Assembly: GCA_965207225.1 (NCBI GenBank)
Contig: CBDBLV010000001.1
Coordinates: 1-64,000 of the forward strand
DNA from: Dehalococcoidia bacterium
GTDB lineage: Bacteria > Chloroflexota > Dehalococcoidia > Plut-88900
Length of the DNA stretch: 64,000 bases
Direction of reading: 5' to 3'
Part shown: piece after piece, positions 49,092 to 59,229 of the stretch
Layout: every line of letters starts with the position of its first letter
How positions within the stretch are numbered: the stretch's first letter is position 1
Translations under genes and position numbers: made by a program
Notes under the pieces: generated by a model
Database searches by the model: none
What the model was told of the DNA's origin: nothing
What the model saw: only the letters and a program-made list of their open reading frames with translations

Positions 49092-49844
49092 ATGCCCACC
49101 CCCCACCCCAAAACCCCCACCCGACGCCGCAAGCCCTCCCCCCTCTGCGGCCGCACCACAAAGCACATTCCCATCTCCGACCTCATAGCCCGTCTCGAGC
49201 CGCTCTACGGCCCCCCAGCCGCTCCCCGCCCCTACGACCCACTCTCCGAGCTTATCTTCACCGTCCTATCCCAGCACACCTCTGACATCAACTCCTACCG
49301 CGCCTTCGCCAAGCTCAGGGAGACTTTTCCTACCTGGGAAGAGGTCCTTGACGCCGATGTAGAAGCCCTCGCAGAGTCCATAAAGATGGGCGGTCTTTCG
49401 AAGGTCAAGGCCCCCAGGCTTCAGGAAATACTAACCGACGTCCTGGAGCGGAACGGTTCCTGGGACCTCTCCTTCCTCGGCGAAATGCCCATGCCGGAAG
49501 CCAAGAAATGGCTCCTGGAACTCCCGGGCGTCGGGCCCAAGACCGTGGGCTGCGTTCTCCTCTTCTCCCTCGGCATGCCCGCCATGATCGTCGACACCCA
49601 CGTCCACCGAGTCGCCAAACGCCTCAACCTAATAGGCCCCAAGGTCTCCGCCGACGATGCCCATGACATCCTCGAGGCCAAGGTCCCCCCCGACGACGTG
49701 CTCGGTGCCCATATCTATATCATCGCCCACGGCCGCCAGGTCTGTAAGGCCCAACGCCCCCTCTGCGACATCTGCGTCCTCGAAGACCAATGCCCCTCCA
49801 GCGAACTCCGCCGCAAGCCCAGGTCCCGCAAAGCCAAGACGTGA
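49092..49844 (+). CDS. nth: Endonuclease III (HhH-GPD glycosylase)
   Basis: LSQHTSD, LPGVGPKT, VDTHVHR, C-x6-C-x2-C-x5-C cluster. Confidence 0.93.
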   Translation: MPTPHPKTPTRRRKPSPLCGRTTKHIPISDLIARLEPLYGPPAAPRPYDPLSELIFTVLSQHTSDINSYRAFAKLRETFPTWEEVLDADVEALAESIKMGGLSKVKAPRLQEILTDVLERNGSWDLSFLGEMPMPEAKKWLLELPGVGPKTVGCVLLFSLGMPAMIVDTHVHRVAKRLNLIGPKVSADDAHDILEAKVPPDDVLGAHIYIIAHGRQVCKAQRPLCDICVLEDQCPSSELRRKPRSRKAKT

Positions 49845-49914
49845 GCCTCCTCCTTGAATTCCCACCCGGATATTGGCAGACTATAGCCTCTTTCCAGGCT
49901 AGGGAGATTCCGAT

Positions 49915-50946
49915 ATGAAGACCGCCATCCTCAACGTTACCGGCTACGCAGGCGCCGAGCTCGCCCGACTCCTCCACAACCACCCCGAGATCGAGCTCAC
50001 CTCCGTCACAGGCCGCAGCGCCCAGGGCCAGATGCTCGGCGAGGTCTTCCCCCATCTGTCCGATATCGATCTGGTAATCGAAGCGGAGCCGGACGGGGAA
50101 GAGATGGTCTTCTCCGCCCTCCCCCACAAGTCCAGCGGCGAGAGGGTCGTGCCCCTCGTCGAGGACCGCTCCCGCGTCGTAGACCTCAGCGCCGACTTCC
50201 GTCTCCGCTCTCCCGCCGAATACGAGGAGTGGTACAACACCCCTCATGCCAGCGCCGCCCTCCAGGAAGAGGCTGTCTACGGCCTCACCGAGCTATACCG
50301 CTCCGAGATCGGCACGGCCCGGTTGGTGGCCAACCCCGGCTGCTATCCCACCTCAGCCATCCTGGCCCTTGCCCCCCTGGTCAAGGAGAAGCTCATCGAG
50401 CCGACCATCATCGTGGACAGCAAGTCCGGCGTGTCGGGGGCGGGCCGGGGCCTGAGCCTGAACACCCACTTCTCAGAGGTCAACGAAAACGTCAAAGCCT
50501 ATGGTATAGACGGCCACCGGCACCTCCCCGAAATCGTCCAGGAGGTCGCCCTCCTTGACCCGACCCTCGACGCCCGGATCACCTTCCTACCCCACCTCAT
50601 CCCCATGACCCGAGGCATCCTCAGCTCCTGCTACGCCACCCTCTCCGGCACATCCATCTCAATAGACGCCAGTGGCCGCCGGCAGCTGACCGACCTCTAC
50701 CGTGAATTCTACGCCGACGAGCCCTTCGTCCGTGTCGTCGACGTGCCACCCCAGACCAAGCAGACCTGGGGCAACAACTACTGCCTCGTCTACCCGACTC
50801 TCGACCTCCGCACCGGCCGCGTGATGGTCGTGAGTTGCATCGACAACCTCGTCAAGGGTGCCGCGGGCCAGGCCATCCAGAACATGAACGTCATGGCCGG
50901 CTACCCGGAAGAAACGGGCCTCGAGTCCCTCGCCCTCTTTCCCTAA
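49915..50946 (+). CDS. argC: N-acetyl-gamma-glutamyl-phosphate reductase
   Basis: TGYAGAEL, DLSADFR, ANPGCYPT, SGVSGAGR, DNLVKGAAGQA. Confidence 0.96.
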   Translation: MKTAILNVTGYAGAELARLLHNHPEIELTSVTGRSAQGQMLGEVFPHLSDIDLVIEAEPDGEEMVFSALPHKSSGERVVPLVEDRSRVVDLSADFRLRSPAEYEEWYNTPHASAALQEEAVYGLTELYRSEIGTARLVANPGCYPTSAILALAPLVKEKLIEPTIIVDSKSGVSGAGRGLSLNTHFSEVNENVKAYGIDGHRHLPEIVQEVALLDPTLDARITFLPHLIPMTRGILSSCYATLSGTSISIDASGRRQLTDLYREFYADEPFVRVVDVPPQTKQTWGNNYCLVYPTLDLRTGRVMVVSCIDNLVKGAAGQAIQNMNVMAGYPEETGLESLALFP

Positions 50947-51014
50947 GCCTGTTGCATCTCCCACCTCCCTGCGGTTTAATACCTCGGGCGTTTTTTCGCC
51001 CGACACCACCGCCA

Positions 51015-51091
51015 GCCCCTATCGTCTAGCGGCCTAGGACACCGCCCTTTCAAGGCGGAGATCACGGGTTCGAATCCCGTTGGGGGCACCA
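51015..51091 (+). tRNA. tRNA-Glu (TTC)
   Basis: Cloverleaf GCCCCTA/TGGGGGC, anticodon arm CCGCC-CTTTCAA-GGCGG, TTCGAAT T-loop, encoded CCA. Confidence 0.97.
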
Positions 51092-51136
51092 GCTTTTTCG
51101 ACAGGGTCTAGTGCGTCTATTCAAAGGAGACCCACA

Positions 51137-52435
51137 TTGTCCGCCAATGACACCAAAGCCGACGTCGTAATCATCGGTGCAGGCATCGTCGGGTGCTGCA
51201 TCGCCTACTACCTCGCCAAGCGCGGCGTTAACGTCGTCCTCGTCGAAAAGGGCGAGGTCGCCGGCGAGCAGTCCTCCCGAGCCTGGGGCTGGGTCCGACA
51301 GCAGGGCCGGAACCCGAGGGAGATCCCCCTCGTCATGTTCGCCAAGCAGCTCTGGACCGGCCTGTCCGACGAAATAGGCGCCGACGTCGAGTGGATCGAG
51401 GGCGGCTCCCTCAAGCTCGCCTACACCGACGATGAACTCTCCGAGTTCGAAGCCTGGGCCCGGGAAGCCCGCGACCTCGGCCTCGATACCACCGTTCTCT
51501 CCAGGGAAGGTGTAAAACGTGAAGTCCCCGGCCTCAGCGGCCCCTTCCTCGGCGGCATATTCACCCCCGACGACGGCCAGACCGAGCCCCGTCGCGCCAC
51601 CGAGGCCATCGCCAATGCCGCCAGGGAAAACGGCGTCTCCCTTCGCACCGGCCACGCCGTCGAGAGCCTTGAAGTCGAGAACGGCGCCATCAAGGCCGTC
51701 GTCACCGAGAACGGCCGCATCGAGACCGACAAGGTCGTCTGCGCGGCCGGGGCCTGGACCGCCAAGGTCGCCCGGATGATCGGCGTCAACGTCCCCCAGC
51801 GGGTCGTCAAGGGCACAGTGGCCTGCACCGAGCCCGCCCCCTTCGTCTCCCACTGTACCGTCATGACCCCCGAGGTCACCTTCCGCCAGAAGCGCGACGG
51901 CACCTTCTACATCTCCAACGGCACCCATTCCGACTACTACATCGACCTGGAGGCCCTCCGGGACGTGGGCCTTTTCATGCGCAACTTCCTCCGCATCCGC
52001 AAGAGGACCAACGTACACCTGGGCAAGGACCTCCTGGACGACATCATGCGCACTCTTCCCGGCTCCCCCGCCCGCTCCCGACCCTTCGCCCACACCATCG
52101 GCGTCGAGCCCAAGCCCAACAACGACTTCGTAGACCGCTCCATCCGACACCTCCGCAGGCTCCTGCCCTCCGTCGGTCGATTGGAAGTCCAGCGCACCTG
52201 GGCAGGCCGCATAGACGCCAGCCCCGACGCCACCCCCATCCTCGGAGAGGCTCCCGGCGTGAAGGGCTTCTACGTCGCCACCGGCATGAGCGGCCACGGC
52301 ATCGCCATGGGCCCGGGTGTCGGCCTAGTCATGTCCCAGCTAATCATGGGCGAAACTCCCAGCGTCGACCTCCACCCCTTCCGTCTCTCTCGCTTCAAGG
52401 AGCGGGACGCCGCAGACTGGCGCAAGACCCTCTAG
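51137..52435 (+). CDS. DAO-family FAD-dependent oxidoreductase
   Basis: IIGAGIVG, EQSSRAWGWVRQQGR, WAGRIDASPD, GMSGHG. Confidence 0.92.
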   Translation: MSANDTKADVVIIGAGIVGCCIAYYLAKRGVNVVLVEKGEVAGEQSSRAWGWVRQQGRNPREIPLVMFAKQLWTGLSDEIGADVEWIEGGSLKLAYTDDELSEFEAWAREARDLGLDTTVLSREGVKREVPGLSGPFLGGIFTPDDGQTEPRRATEAIANAARENGVSLRTGHAVESLEVENGAIKAVVTENGRIETDKVVCAAGAWTAKVARMIGVNVPQRVVKGTVACTEPAPFVSHCTVMTPEVTFRQKRDGTFYISNGTHSDYYIDLEALRDVGLFMRNFLRIRKRTNVHLGKDLLDDIMRTLPGSPARSRPFAHTIGVEPKPNNDFVDRSIRHLRRLLPSVGRLEVQRTWAGRIDASPDATPILGEAPGVKGFYVATGMSGHGIAMGPGVGLVMSQLIMGETPSVDLHPFRLSRFKERDAADWRKTL

Positions 52436-52448
52436 CCGACCTGCCCCG

Positions 52449-52550
52449 TTGATTGATCTCGATTGAATTTGATTGAGGTTGATTGAAGAATGAATGAACT
52501 TGATTGAACGTTGATTGAACTCATAGCTGTTTTGATTGAATGACGCCTAA
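52449..52550 (+). repeat. Helically phased TTGATTGA array
   Basis: Units at 52449, 52459, 52469, 52479, 52490, 52500, 52511, 52532, then ATGACGCCTA. Confidence 0.75.
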
Positions 52551-52779
52551 AGTGCTGAGCAAAAGTTTTCGCGGCCCGGAGGGGCGGGGCGGCGGTTGTT
52601 TGGATGTGGTTGGGCATGGGTGGGATTATAGCATACAAGTTCGTATGATGGCAAAAGGGAGAGGTCACGGTTGGGGGGGAGGATGGGGTAGAAGTAGCTC
52701 CTATTAGCAACGATAGACTCTCCCAAACGATGGCTTAAAAGGGTAAAACTCATTGGGTAAGAAAAAAGAGTCCGACAAT

Positions 52780-53487
52780 ATGCCGAAGGAATTAAAGGCA
52801 AATAAGGTTGATTATGGAGTAGCTCTAGTGCGCGGGAGTACAAGCCTTATCCCTTTGGCGGGGTCCGTTGTTTCCGAATTTATCGGAACGGTGGTGCCAA
52901 ACCAAAGGTTAGACAGACTTGCGAAATATATTGCCGAGCTTGAACGCAAGCTAAATCGCTTGGAAATAACACTCGAAGACGCTCCATATCACGATGAAGT
53001 ATTTTCGGATCTCTTTGAAGAGGCGTGTCGACAGGCGGCTCATTCAGTTAGCGAAGAAAGAAGATCCTACATTGCTACGCTGATTGCAAGTGGCATGAGC
53101 CCCGAAGGAATTGAGCTTGCCGAGTCGCGACATCTCTTGAGGATTTTGGGCGAACTGAGCGATGTAGAGGTGATATGGCTGCGATATTACAGACAGCCCA
53201 CAATAGGCGGAGATGAGGAATTCAGGGAAACGCATAAAACAACTTTGCATCCCGCCCCGCCAGGCATAAATTCTTCTCCGGAAGCCCATGCAAAGTACGC
53301 CTTGCAGCAGAGCTACAAGAAACACCTTGCCCAGGAGGGTTTGCTCGACCCTCGATACGAAACGGAGCATCAAACGGACATCCCAAAATTTGACACAATG
53401 ACCGGAGCAATGAAAATCCAAGGCTACCAACTATCTCCACTAGGTCGACTCCTATTGAAGGAAATTGGTCTTGGTGAGGATGAGTAG
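52780..53487 (+). CDS. Hypothetical protein (lower GC)
   Basis: Long ORF; helical N-terminus (IPLAGSVVSEF..QRLDRL) and wHTH-like end (YQLSPLGRLLL). Confidence 0.7.
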   Translation: MPKELKANKVDYGVALVRGSTSLIPLAGSVVSEFIGTVVPNQRLDRLAKYIAELERKLNRLEITLEDAPYHDEVFSDLFEEACRQAAHSVSEERRSYIATLIASGMSPEGIELAESRHLLRILGELSDVEVIWLRYYRQPTIGGDEEFRETHKTTLHPAPPGINSSPEAHAKYALQQSYKKHLAQEGLLDPRYETEHQTDIPKFDTMTGAMKIQGYQLSPLGRLLLKEIGLGEDE

Positions 53488-53560
53488 TTGGCAGTCTTTA
53501 ACAATACTCTTCACTCCCAGGCCCCAACATAAGGTAGCGACCCGAGACGATTAGAGCAGA

Positions 53561-53959
53561 GTGATTGAATTCTTAAATGGAGTCGCTGACGACGTAGTTG
53601 CTACGGTTGTCTCGTTTCTGATATTAGCTCTAATTGGGCTGTTAGCAGCGAAATTCCGACGCCCCCTCTGGCAACTTGTCCTCGCAAGCAAATGTCGTTT
53701 AGGCCATGCGGCCATTTGGTCTCATTGTGCAGTATTCACAAGGCATCGAATGGAAAGACATGTAAAAAAGTACGATTCTGTCTTCCTTGTTGGATGGGAC
53801 TCTCCGGATAGGCCAAAAGGCCGCTGGAGATGCAAATGCGGTATGCGCCGCAAGGTGGAAGACTTGCCGAACGACGATGCCGAAGTAATCGCATGGAGGC
53901 GTCAGACCATGCATCTCTGGTACAGTCAACAAAGGCACGGGAATTTGCAGTTAGATTAG
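53561..53959 (+). CDS. Hypothetical membrane-anchored protein (lower GC)
   Basis: N-terminal TM; Cys/His-containing tail. Confidence 0.5.
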   Translation: MIEFLNGVADDVVATVVSFLILALIGLLAAKFRRPLWQLVLASKCRLGHAAIWSHCAVFTRHRMERHVKKYDSVFLVGWDSPDRPKGRWRCKCGMRRKVEDLPNDDAEVIAWRRQTMHLWYSQQRHGNLQLD

Positions 53960-54128
53960 ATTCGGGAGGCTGGAAGCTACTGAATCCTCAAGCAACCGAT
54001 AAATACCGCAAGTGATAACTAACTGGACACATTGCGCGTATTATGCCTGCATATAGAAGACTCTGGTGCCCCTAGGTACCCGGGGATATCCCCACCCCCA
54101 GTGCCACCACCCCCTAGCCATCGACCCT

Positions 54129-54524
54129 CTACCGGATAGATGGATCGCCGGCGACCGTCGCCAATACCTGGTCGAAGGTCTTGATCTCCCGGACGCCGCG
54201 TCTGCGGCAACTGGCCAGGTGGCAAAGGCCCCGGGCTTGCAGTGCGGGGTGCCGCTCATGGAGACGCCTCGCAAGGGCCACGTCCGCCTCTTCCAGTGGC
54301 CAAACCTCAACCGCGGCGTTTGCTATCAGCCCCAGTGCCGCATCGAAGGTTTGCAGCCTTTCGCTGGGCAGGTACGCATGGGTCAGCTCCTGCATGACCT
54401 CTGCCGAGGTGCATAGCGGGGTGCTGCGCCGGTTGGCTTCGACGAAGAACTCCTGGGCATTTTTTCGAAGCGCGTGGGGGCGTCCCACCGCGTACATGAA
54501 AACGTTGGTGTCGACGAAGATCAC
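54129..54524 (-). CDS. vapC: VapC-family PIN toxin
   Basis: IFVDTNVFMY, SAEVMQE, TFD; the third acidic position reads ARG rather than ARD. Confidence 0.88.
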   Translation of the reverse strand: MIFVDTNVFMYAVGRPHALRKNAQEFFVEANRRSTPLCTSAEVMQELTHAYLPSERLQTFDAALGLIANAAVEVWPLEEADVALARRLHERHPALQARGLCHLASCRRRGVREIKTFDQVLATVAGDPSIR

Positions 54525-54796
54525 GTTCCCGCAACTCCCCTTCCACGCGACTGGTTGATGACCTCCAGGTGCTCATCCCAGTCCGGCTCCTTACCCGGCC
54601 CTTCCAGAGAGGCACATGATCGGAAGAACTCCTCAACGTCTTCAGGGGTCTCGAATAGCTTCACGCGCCGGCGCATAGCAAGGCGCTCGCGGGCGGCGGC
54701 TCGCAGCCACGCACTCAGGGACATTCCCTCACGCCTCGCCTGCTCAACGAAACGTTCCCTATCTTCGTCTGCCATCACCAGCTGTACTCTGGCCAT
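54521..54796 (-). CDS. RHH antitoxin
   Basis: ARREGMSLSAWLR; 4-nt overlap with vapC. Confidence 0.8.
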   Translation of the reverse strand: MARVQLVMADEDRERFVEQARREGMSLSAWLRAAARERLAMRRRVKLFETPEDVEEFFRSCASLEGPGKEPDWDEHLEVINQSRGRGVAGT

Positions 54797-54823
54797 ATCG
54801 CTCTCCCGCAAATCTAAATAAAG

Positions 54824-54861
54824 TGTGTAACAAAATTACACATACTTTCGGCGCAGGTCAA
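54824..54861 (-). promoter_or_regulatory. TA promoter with palindromic operator
   Basis: TTGACC-17-TAATTT on the minus strand; TGTGTAA-CAAAA-TTACACA inverted repeat over the -10. Confidence 0.6.
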
Positions 54862-55230
54862 GGGACCCTGCAGCTTGGCGCCACATGCAAGATGCTGACA
54901 CCCCACCCCTGCCATCCCCGAAAAGTCGGAAATCAATCTCTCCCCGAGTACTGAACTAGAGGGAGCCGCATGGGCGCAGCCCATGCGGCTCCCTCTGTTT
55001 TTCTCTCCCCCTCTCCCTTACAGGCCCTAAGGGAGAGGGGGATCAAGGGGGTGAGGGTTCCCCCGGGGAAGCGGGGATCTCCCCGCCCCAATGTGCCATC
55101 TCCCCCTTGCCCCCACCCTACCCCTCCCGCTATTGTAACCACCATCAAATCCCACCCCTCCCTTCACCCCCGAACCAACTAAAAGGCCTTTCCTCAAACA
55201 ATCAAAATCCCCGCCCGTAAGGAGACACCG

Positions 55231-56427
55231 ATGACTGACCTCCCCAACGAAAGGACCTTCGGCGCCGTCTTCCCCAACGAAGAATATGACACCCGACGCG
55301 CCAAGGTCCGCCAGCGCATGGCCGACCGAGGCATCGACGTCCTCTACGTCAGCTCCCCCCGCAACATCACCTACCTCACCGGCTTCGACATCATCTGGTT
55401 CTACCACGCCTCCCCCACCGGCCTCGTCATCCGCGCCGACGACCCGAAAGTCCTCTTCTTCGACTCCTACCATGAGCGCATGGTCAACGACTTCTGCTAC
55501 ATCGACGAGGCCGTCTTCTACGCCACCTTCCCCTTCCACCCCATGGGCCCCCAGCTCGACACCGTAATCGACACCATGAAAGACCGGGGCCTCCTCAAGG
55601 GCTGCGTCGGCATCGAGAAGTGGGCCTACGCCCCGTCACCCGCCATGATGCAGGCCATGGAAGAGAAGATGTCGGGCGCCGGGGCCCGGGTCGTTGACGG
55701 ATCCTGGATTGTCGACACCGTCGGCCTTACCAAGTCTCCCCTGGAGGTCGCCTGCGTACGTAAAGCCGCCGAGATCGCTGACACCGGCATTATGGCAGGT
55801 GTGGAAGCCGCCGCCCCCGGCATCACCGAGCTCGAGGTCAACGGCGCTATGCAGTACGCCATGGCCAGGGCCGGGGGCGAGGAGACCGCCATCCGGTGCG
55901 TAGTCAGCAAGGAGGGCTTCCGCATGCCTCACAAGCCCACCACCCGACTCCGCCTCGAGGCAGGCGAGATCATCTTCGCCGACGTGTGCGGCGTCTACAA
56001 CCGCTACCATGCCGATCTCTGCCGCTTCCTTTGCCTTGGCCAACCCGAGCAGAAGACCGTAGACCGCATGAAAGCCCTAGCCGAGAGCATCCCCTACGTC
56101 CAGGACAAGGTGAAGGTGGGAGATCCCCCCACCGCCATCGGCCGGGCCATCGACGAATATCTCGCCTCCATAGGCCTCACCGGCGAGGTCGACCGCGGCG
56201 GCTACGACGTCGGCCTCTCCCTCCCCCCCGACTGGGTCGGCCACACAAGAGTCGTGGGAGGCGGCTTCGTCGACGAGCCCATGCAGCCCGGTTTCGTCAC
56301 CAACTACGAAATCTTCTCCCGGGGCAAAGACCCCCGCTCCGCCGGCCTCATAGACACCTTCGTCATGACCGAAACCGGCCTCGAACTCCTCTCCAAGCTT
56401 CCCCTGGAGATACTGACCAAAAGCTGA
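55231..56427 (+). CDS. M24-family hydrolase, DoeA/EutD (ectoine hydrolase)-like
   Basis: FPNEEYDTRRAKVRQRMADRGIDVL, YLTGFD..WFY, KSPLE, RYHADLCR, GYDVGLSLPPDW. Confidence 0.8.
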   Translation: MTDLPNERTFGAVFPNEEYDTRRAKVRQRMADRGIDVLYVSSPRNITYLTGFDIIWFYHASPTGLVIRADDPKVLFFDSYHERMVNDFCYIDEAVFYATFPFHPMGPQLDTVIDTMKDRGLLKGCVGIEKWAYAPSPAMMQAMEEKMSGAGARVVDGSWIVDTVGLTKSPLEVACVRKAAEIADTGIMAGVEAAAPGITELEVNGAMQYAMARAGGEETAIRCVVSKEGFRMPHKPTTRLRLEAGEIIFADVCGVYNRYHADLCRFLCLGQPEQKTVDRMKALAESIPYVQDKVKVGDPPTAIGRAIDEYLASIGLTGEVDRGGYDVGLSLPPDWVGHTRVVGGGFVDEPMQPGFVTNYEIFSRGKDPRSAGLIDTFVMTETGLELLSKLPLEILTKS

Positions 56428-56471
56428 CATCTGAAATAGACTGTATCCACCAAGAGACAGGAGATGGTGAC

Positions 56472-57305
56472 ATGTTCGTAAGAGCCGTAGACCAGCTCGC
56501 AGGTACCGACAAGGAAGTCAATTGGCAGGACGGAGACCTCTGGCTCCGAGCCGCCCGACTCGTTACCAAGGCCGACCTCGTAGGCTTCTCCCTCGCCGAC
56601 GTACGGCTCTCCGCAGGATGGGAGATCGACTGTCACTACAAGCACCACATAGAAGCCAGCTTCGTCATCTCCGGCAGCGCAACGGTTACGGAGTACGCCA
56701 CCGGCAACAGCTGGGACGTTGGCCCCGGCGACCTGTACGTCGTGGGGCCGAAGGACAAGCACCACGTCTCGACCAGGACCGAGTTGCACGGCGTCACCGT
56801 CTTCAACCCTGCCCTGGTTGGCAACGAAAAGCCCGACGAGGACGGCGCATACCCGCCTTCCGGCGAAGTACCCCCGGCCTGGGCTGGTGAGTCGGGCCGG
56901 ACGATGTTCCTGAAGCGGGTCGCCGACACCCGCGTGGTCGGCGTCAGCTACGGCGCCGCCAGGGCCTACCGATACCTCACCCAGGCCGACGAGTGCGGCT
57001 TCACCATCTCCACCCCCCGCTCCCCCGCCGGCGACGGCATCGTCCTCCACTACAAGAACCACGTGGAAGCCAACTACGTGATCGAGGGAGAGGGCACCGC
57101 CGAAGACCTGACTACCGGCGAGAAATGGGACCTCTACCCGGGCTCCATGTACTTCGTCGGCCCGAAGGACAGGCACCAGGTCAACACCCACACCGGCTTC
57201 TACCTTCTCAGCGTCTTCAACCCGCCCCTCGTCGGCGACGAGACCCACGACTCCGAGGGCGGCTACCCCTACACCGGCCCCCTCCCCGAAGCCTGGAGAC
57301 CCTAA
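56472..57305 (+). CDS. Tandem double EctC (ectoine synthase-type cupin) protein, paralog 1
   Basis: MFVR..; HYKHHIEA, GDLYVVGPKDKH, VFNPALVGNE..DEDGAYP motif set present twice; 277 aa. Confidence 0.88.
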   Translation: MFVRAVDQLAGTDKEVNWQDGDLWLRAARLVTKADLVGFSLADVRLSAGWEIDCHYKHHIEASFVISGSATVTEYATGNSWDVGPGDLYVVGPKDKHHVSTRTELHGVTVFNPALVGNEKPDEDGAYPPSGEVPPAWAGESGRTMFLKRVADTRVVGVSYGAARAYRYLTQADECGFTISTPRSPAGDGIVLHYKNHVEANYVIEGEGTAEDLTTGEKWDLYPGSMYFVGPKDRHQVNTHTGFYLLSVFNPPLVGDETHDSEGGYPYTGPLPEAWRP

Positions 57306-57466
57306 GTGTTCCCACTGTCATTCCGATGCCCCGCGAGGAATCTGGGGTGGTGTCCAATCCCCTCTCCCTCGACGGGAGAGGGCCAGAGCCTGTCCCGAGT
57401 CCCCGAGGGAGTGAGGGTGATCCCGAGGCGCGGTTACGAAAACCATATAACCGGAGGTGACACGAT

Positions 57467-58300
57467 ATGTTCGTAAGGACCATTGACCAGCTCGCAGGTT
57501 CCGACAAAGAAGTGAACTGGAGGGACGGAGACCTGTGGCTCAAGGCCGTACGTCTGGTCACAAAGACCGACGGCGCAGGCTTCTCCCTCGCCGACGTCCG
57601 GCTCTCCGCAGGCTGGGAGATCGACTGCCACTACAAGCACCACATTGAAGTCAGCATCGTCCTCTCCGGCAGCGCAACGGTTACGGAGTACGCCACCGGC
57701 AAAAGCTGGGAGGTCGGGCCGGGCGACGTGTACGTGGTCGGCCCGAAGGACAAGCACCACGTATCGACGAAAACCGAGCTTCACGGTGTCACAGTCTTCA
57801 ACCCCGCCCTCGTCGGCACCGAGACCCCTGACGAGGACGGCGCATACCCGCCTTCCGGCGAGGTCCCCCCGGCCTGGGCAGGCGAGTCTGGACGGACCAT
57901 GATGGTAAAGAGGCCCGAGGACGCCCAGTCAGTCGGCGTCCGGGGCACGGGCGCCACCGCCTCCCGGTATCTCACCCAGGCCGACCAGTGCGGCGTCACC
58001 GTATCCATGCCCCGCTCTTCCGAGGGCCACGGCAAGGAGCTCTGGTACCAGAACCACGTCGAGGCTAACTACGTTGTCGAAGGCCAGGGATCCGTCGAGG
58101 ACCTGAACACCGGCGAAAAGTGGGCCTTGGCCCCCGGTTCCATGTACTTCGTCGGGCCGAAGGACAGGCACCTCATGAGCTTCGACACCGCATTCTCCCT
58201 CATCAGCGTCTTCAACCCGCCCCTCGTCGGCAACGAGACCCACGATGACCTCGGCGGCTATCCCCCCACCGGCCCCCTCCCCGAAGCCTGGAGACCGTAG
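57467..58300 (+). CDS. Tandem double EctC protein, paralog 2
   Basis: Same motifs twice; 277 aa. Confidence 0.88.
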   Translation: MFVRTIDQLAGSDKEVNWRDGDLWLKAVRLVTKTDGAGFSLADVRLSAGWEIDCHYKHHIEVSIVLSGSATVTEYATGKSWEVGPGDVYVVGPKDKHHVSTKTELHGVTVFNPALVGTETPDEDGAYPPSGEVPPAWAGESGRTMMVKRPEDAQSVGVRGTGATASRYLTQADQCGVTVSMPRSSEGHGKELWYQNHVEANYVVEGQGSVEDLNTGEKWALAPGSMYFVGPKDRHLMSFDTAFSLISVFNPPLVGNETHDDLGGYPPTGPLPEAWRP

Positions 58301-58371
58301 CAAGAAAATAGAGAGTCGGGGTCGAATAGGTCCGCACGCCAGTAATAGACAAATAACCTGGAGGTAAGAGG

Positions 58372-59205
58372 ATGTTCGTAAGAAGGCTGGAAGAGCTCAA
58401 CGGTACCCCAAATGAAATGATCAGGATGGCCGGCGAAGGACAACTCCATTCCCGACGCATCCTGACCAAAGCCGACGGTTGCGGCTTCTCCCTTTCCGAT
58501 GTGCTCGCTGCCACCGGCATGTCCATCGACCTCTGGTACAAGCACCAGGTCGAGGCAAACCTGATTGTCACGGGGGAACTGGAGGTCACCGACCTGTCCA
58601 ACAACGCGAAGTGGCTGCTTGGCGCCGGGGACGCATACATGGTCGGGCCTAAGGACAGGCACCGCATCACGGCAAAGAGCGACGTCCATCTCGTCAGCGT
58701 CTTCTGTCCGCCGGTGCTCGGCAACGAGAGGCACGACGAAGACGGCTCCTTCCCCCCGACCGGCGACATCCCGCCTGCCTGGCAAGGAGAATCGGGGCGG
58801 ACCATGTTCATCAAACGGCTGGCCGACACCCGTGTCGTGCGCATCGGCCATGACAGGGCAAACGCGTACAGGTACCTGACCCAGGAAGACGGATGTGGAT
58901 TCACCGTATCCACGCCCCGGGGCGAGGGAGGCAAGAGCATAGTTCTCTGGTACCAGAACCACGTGGAGGCCAACTATATCCTGGAGGGTGAAGGCACGGT
59001 GGAGGACAAGTCGACCGGGGAGACGTGGGACCTGGCCCCCGGCACGGTGTATGTAGTAGGCCCCAAGGACCGGCACCAGCTTTACTCCGAGAAGGGTTTC
59101 TACTTGCTCAGCATCTTCAACCCGCCCCTCGTCGGCGATGAAACCCACGACGAGCTCGGCGGCTATCCCCCAAACGGCCCCATCCCCGAGGCCTGGAGAC
59201 CGTAA
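58372..59205 (+). CDS. Tandem double EctC protein, paralog 3
   Basis: WYKHQVEAN / WYQNHVEANY; 277 aa. Confidence 0.88.
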   Translation: MFVRRLEELNGTPNEMIRMAGEGQLHSRRILTKADGCGFSLSDVLAATGMSIDLWYKHQVEANLIVTGELEVTDLSNNAKWLLGAGDAYMVGPKDRHRITAKSDVHLVSVFCPPVLGNERHDEDGSFPPTGDIPPAWQGESGRTMFIKRLADTRVVRIGHDRANAYRYLTQEDGCGFTVSTPRGEGGKSIVLWYQNHVEANYILEGEGTVEDKSTGETWDLAPGTVYVVGPKDRHQLYSEKGFYLLSIFNPPLVGDETHDELGGYPPNGPIPEAWRP

Positions 59206-59229
59206 ACTACAGATTCCGGAGGCAACCCC

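Noticed and set aside
51015-52450. tRNA-Glu as an integration site
   Set aside because: No integrase and no duplicated tRNA 3' end seen in the window
55896-56471. 469-aa ORF suggesting an N-terminal fusion to the first EctC paralog
   Set aside because: The extension overlaps the M24 gene out of frame; RBS plus ATG at 56472 gives 277 aa, like the other three paralogs
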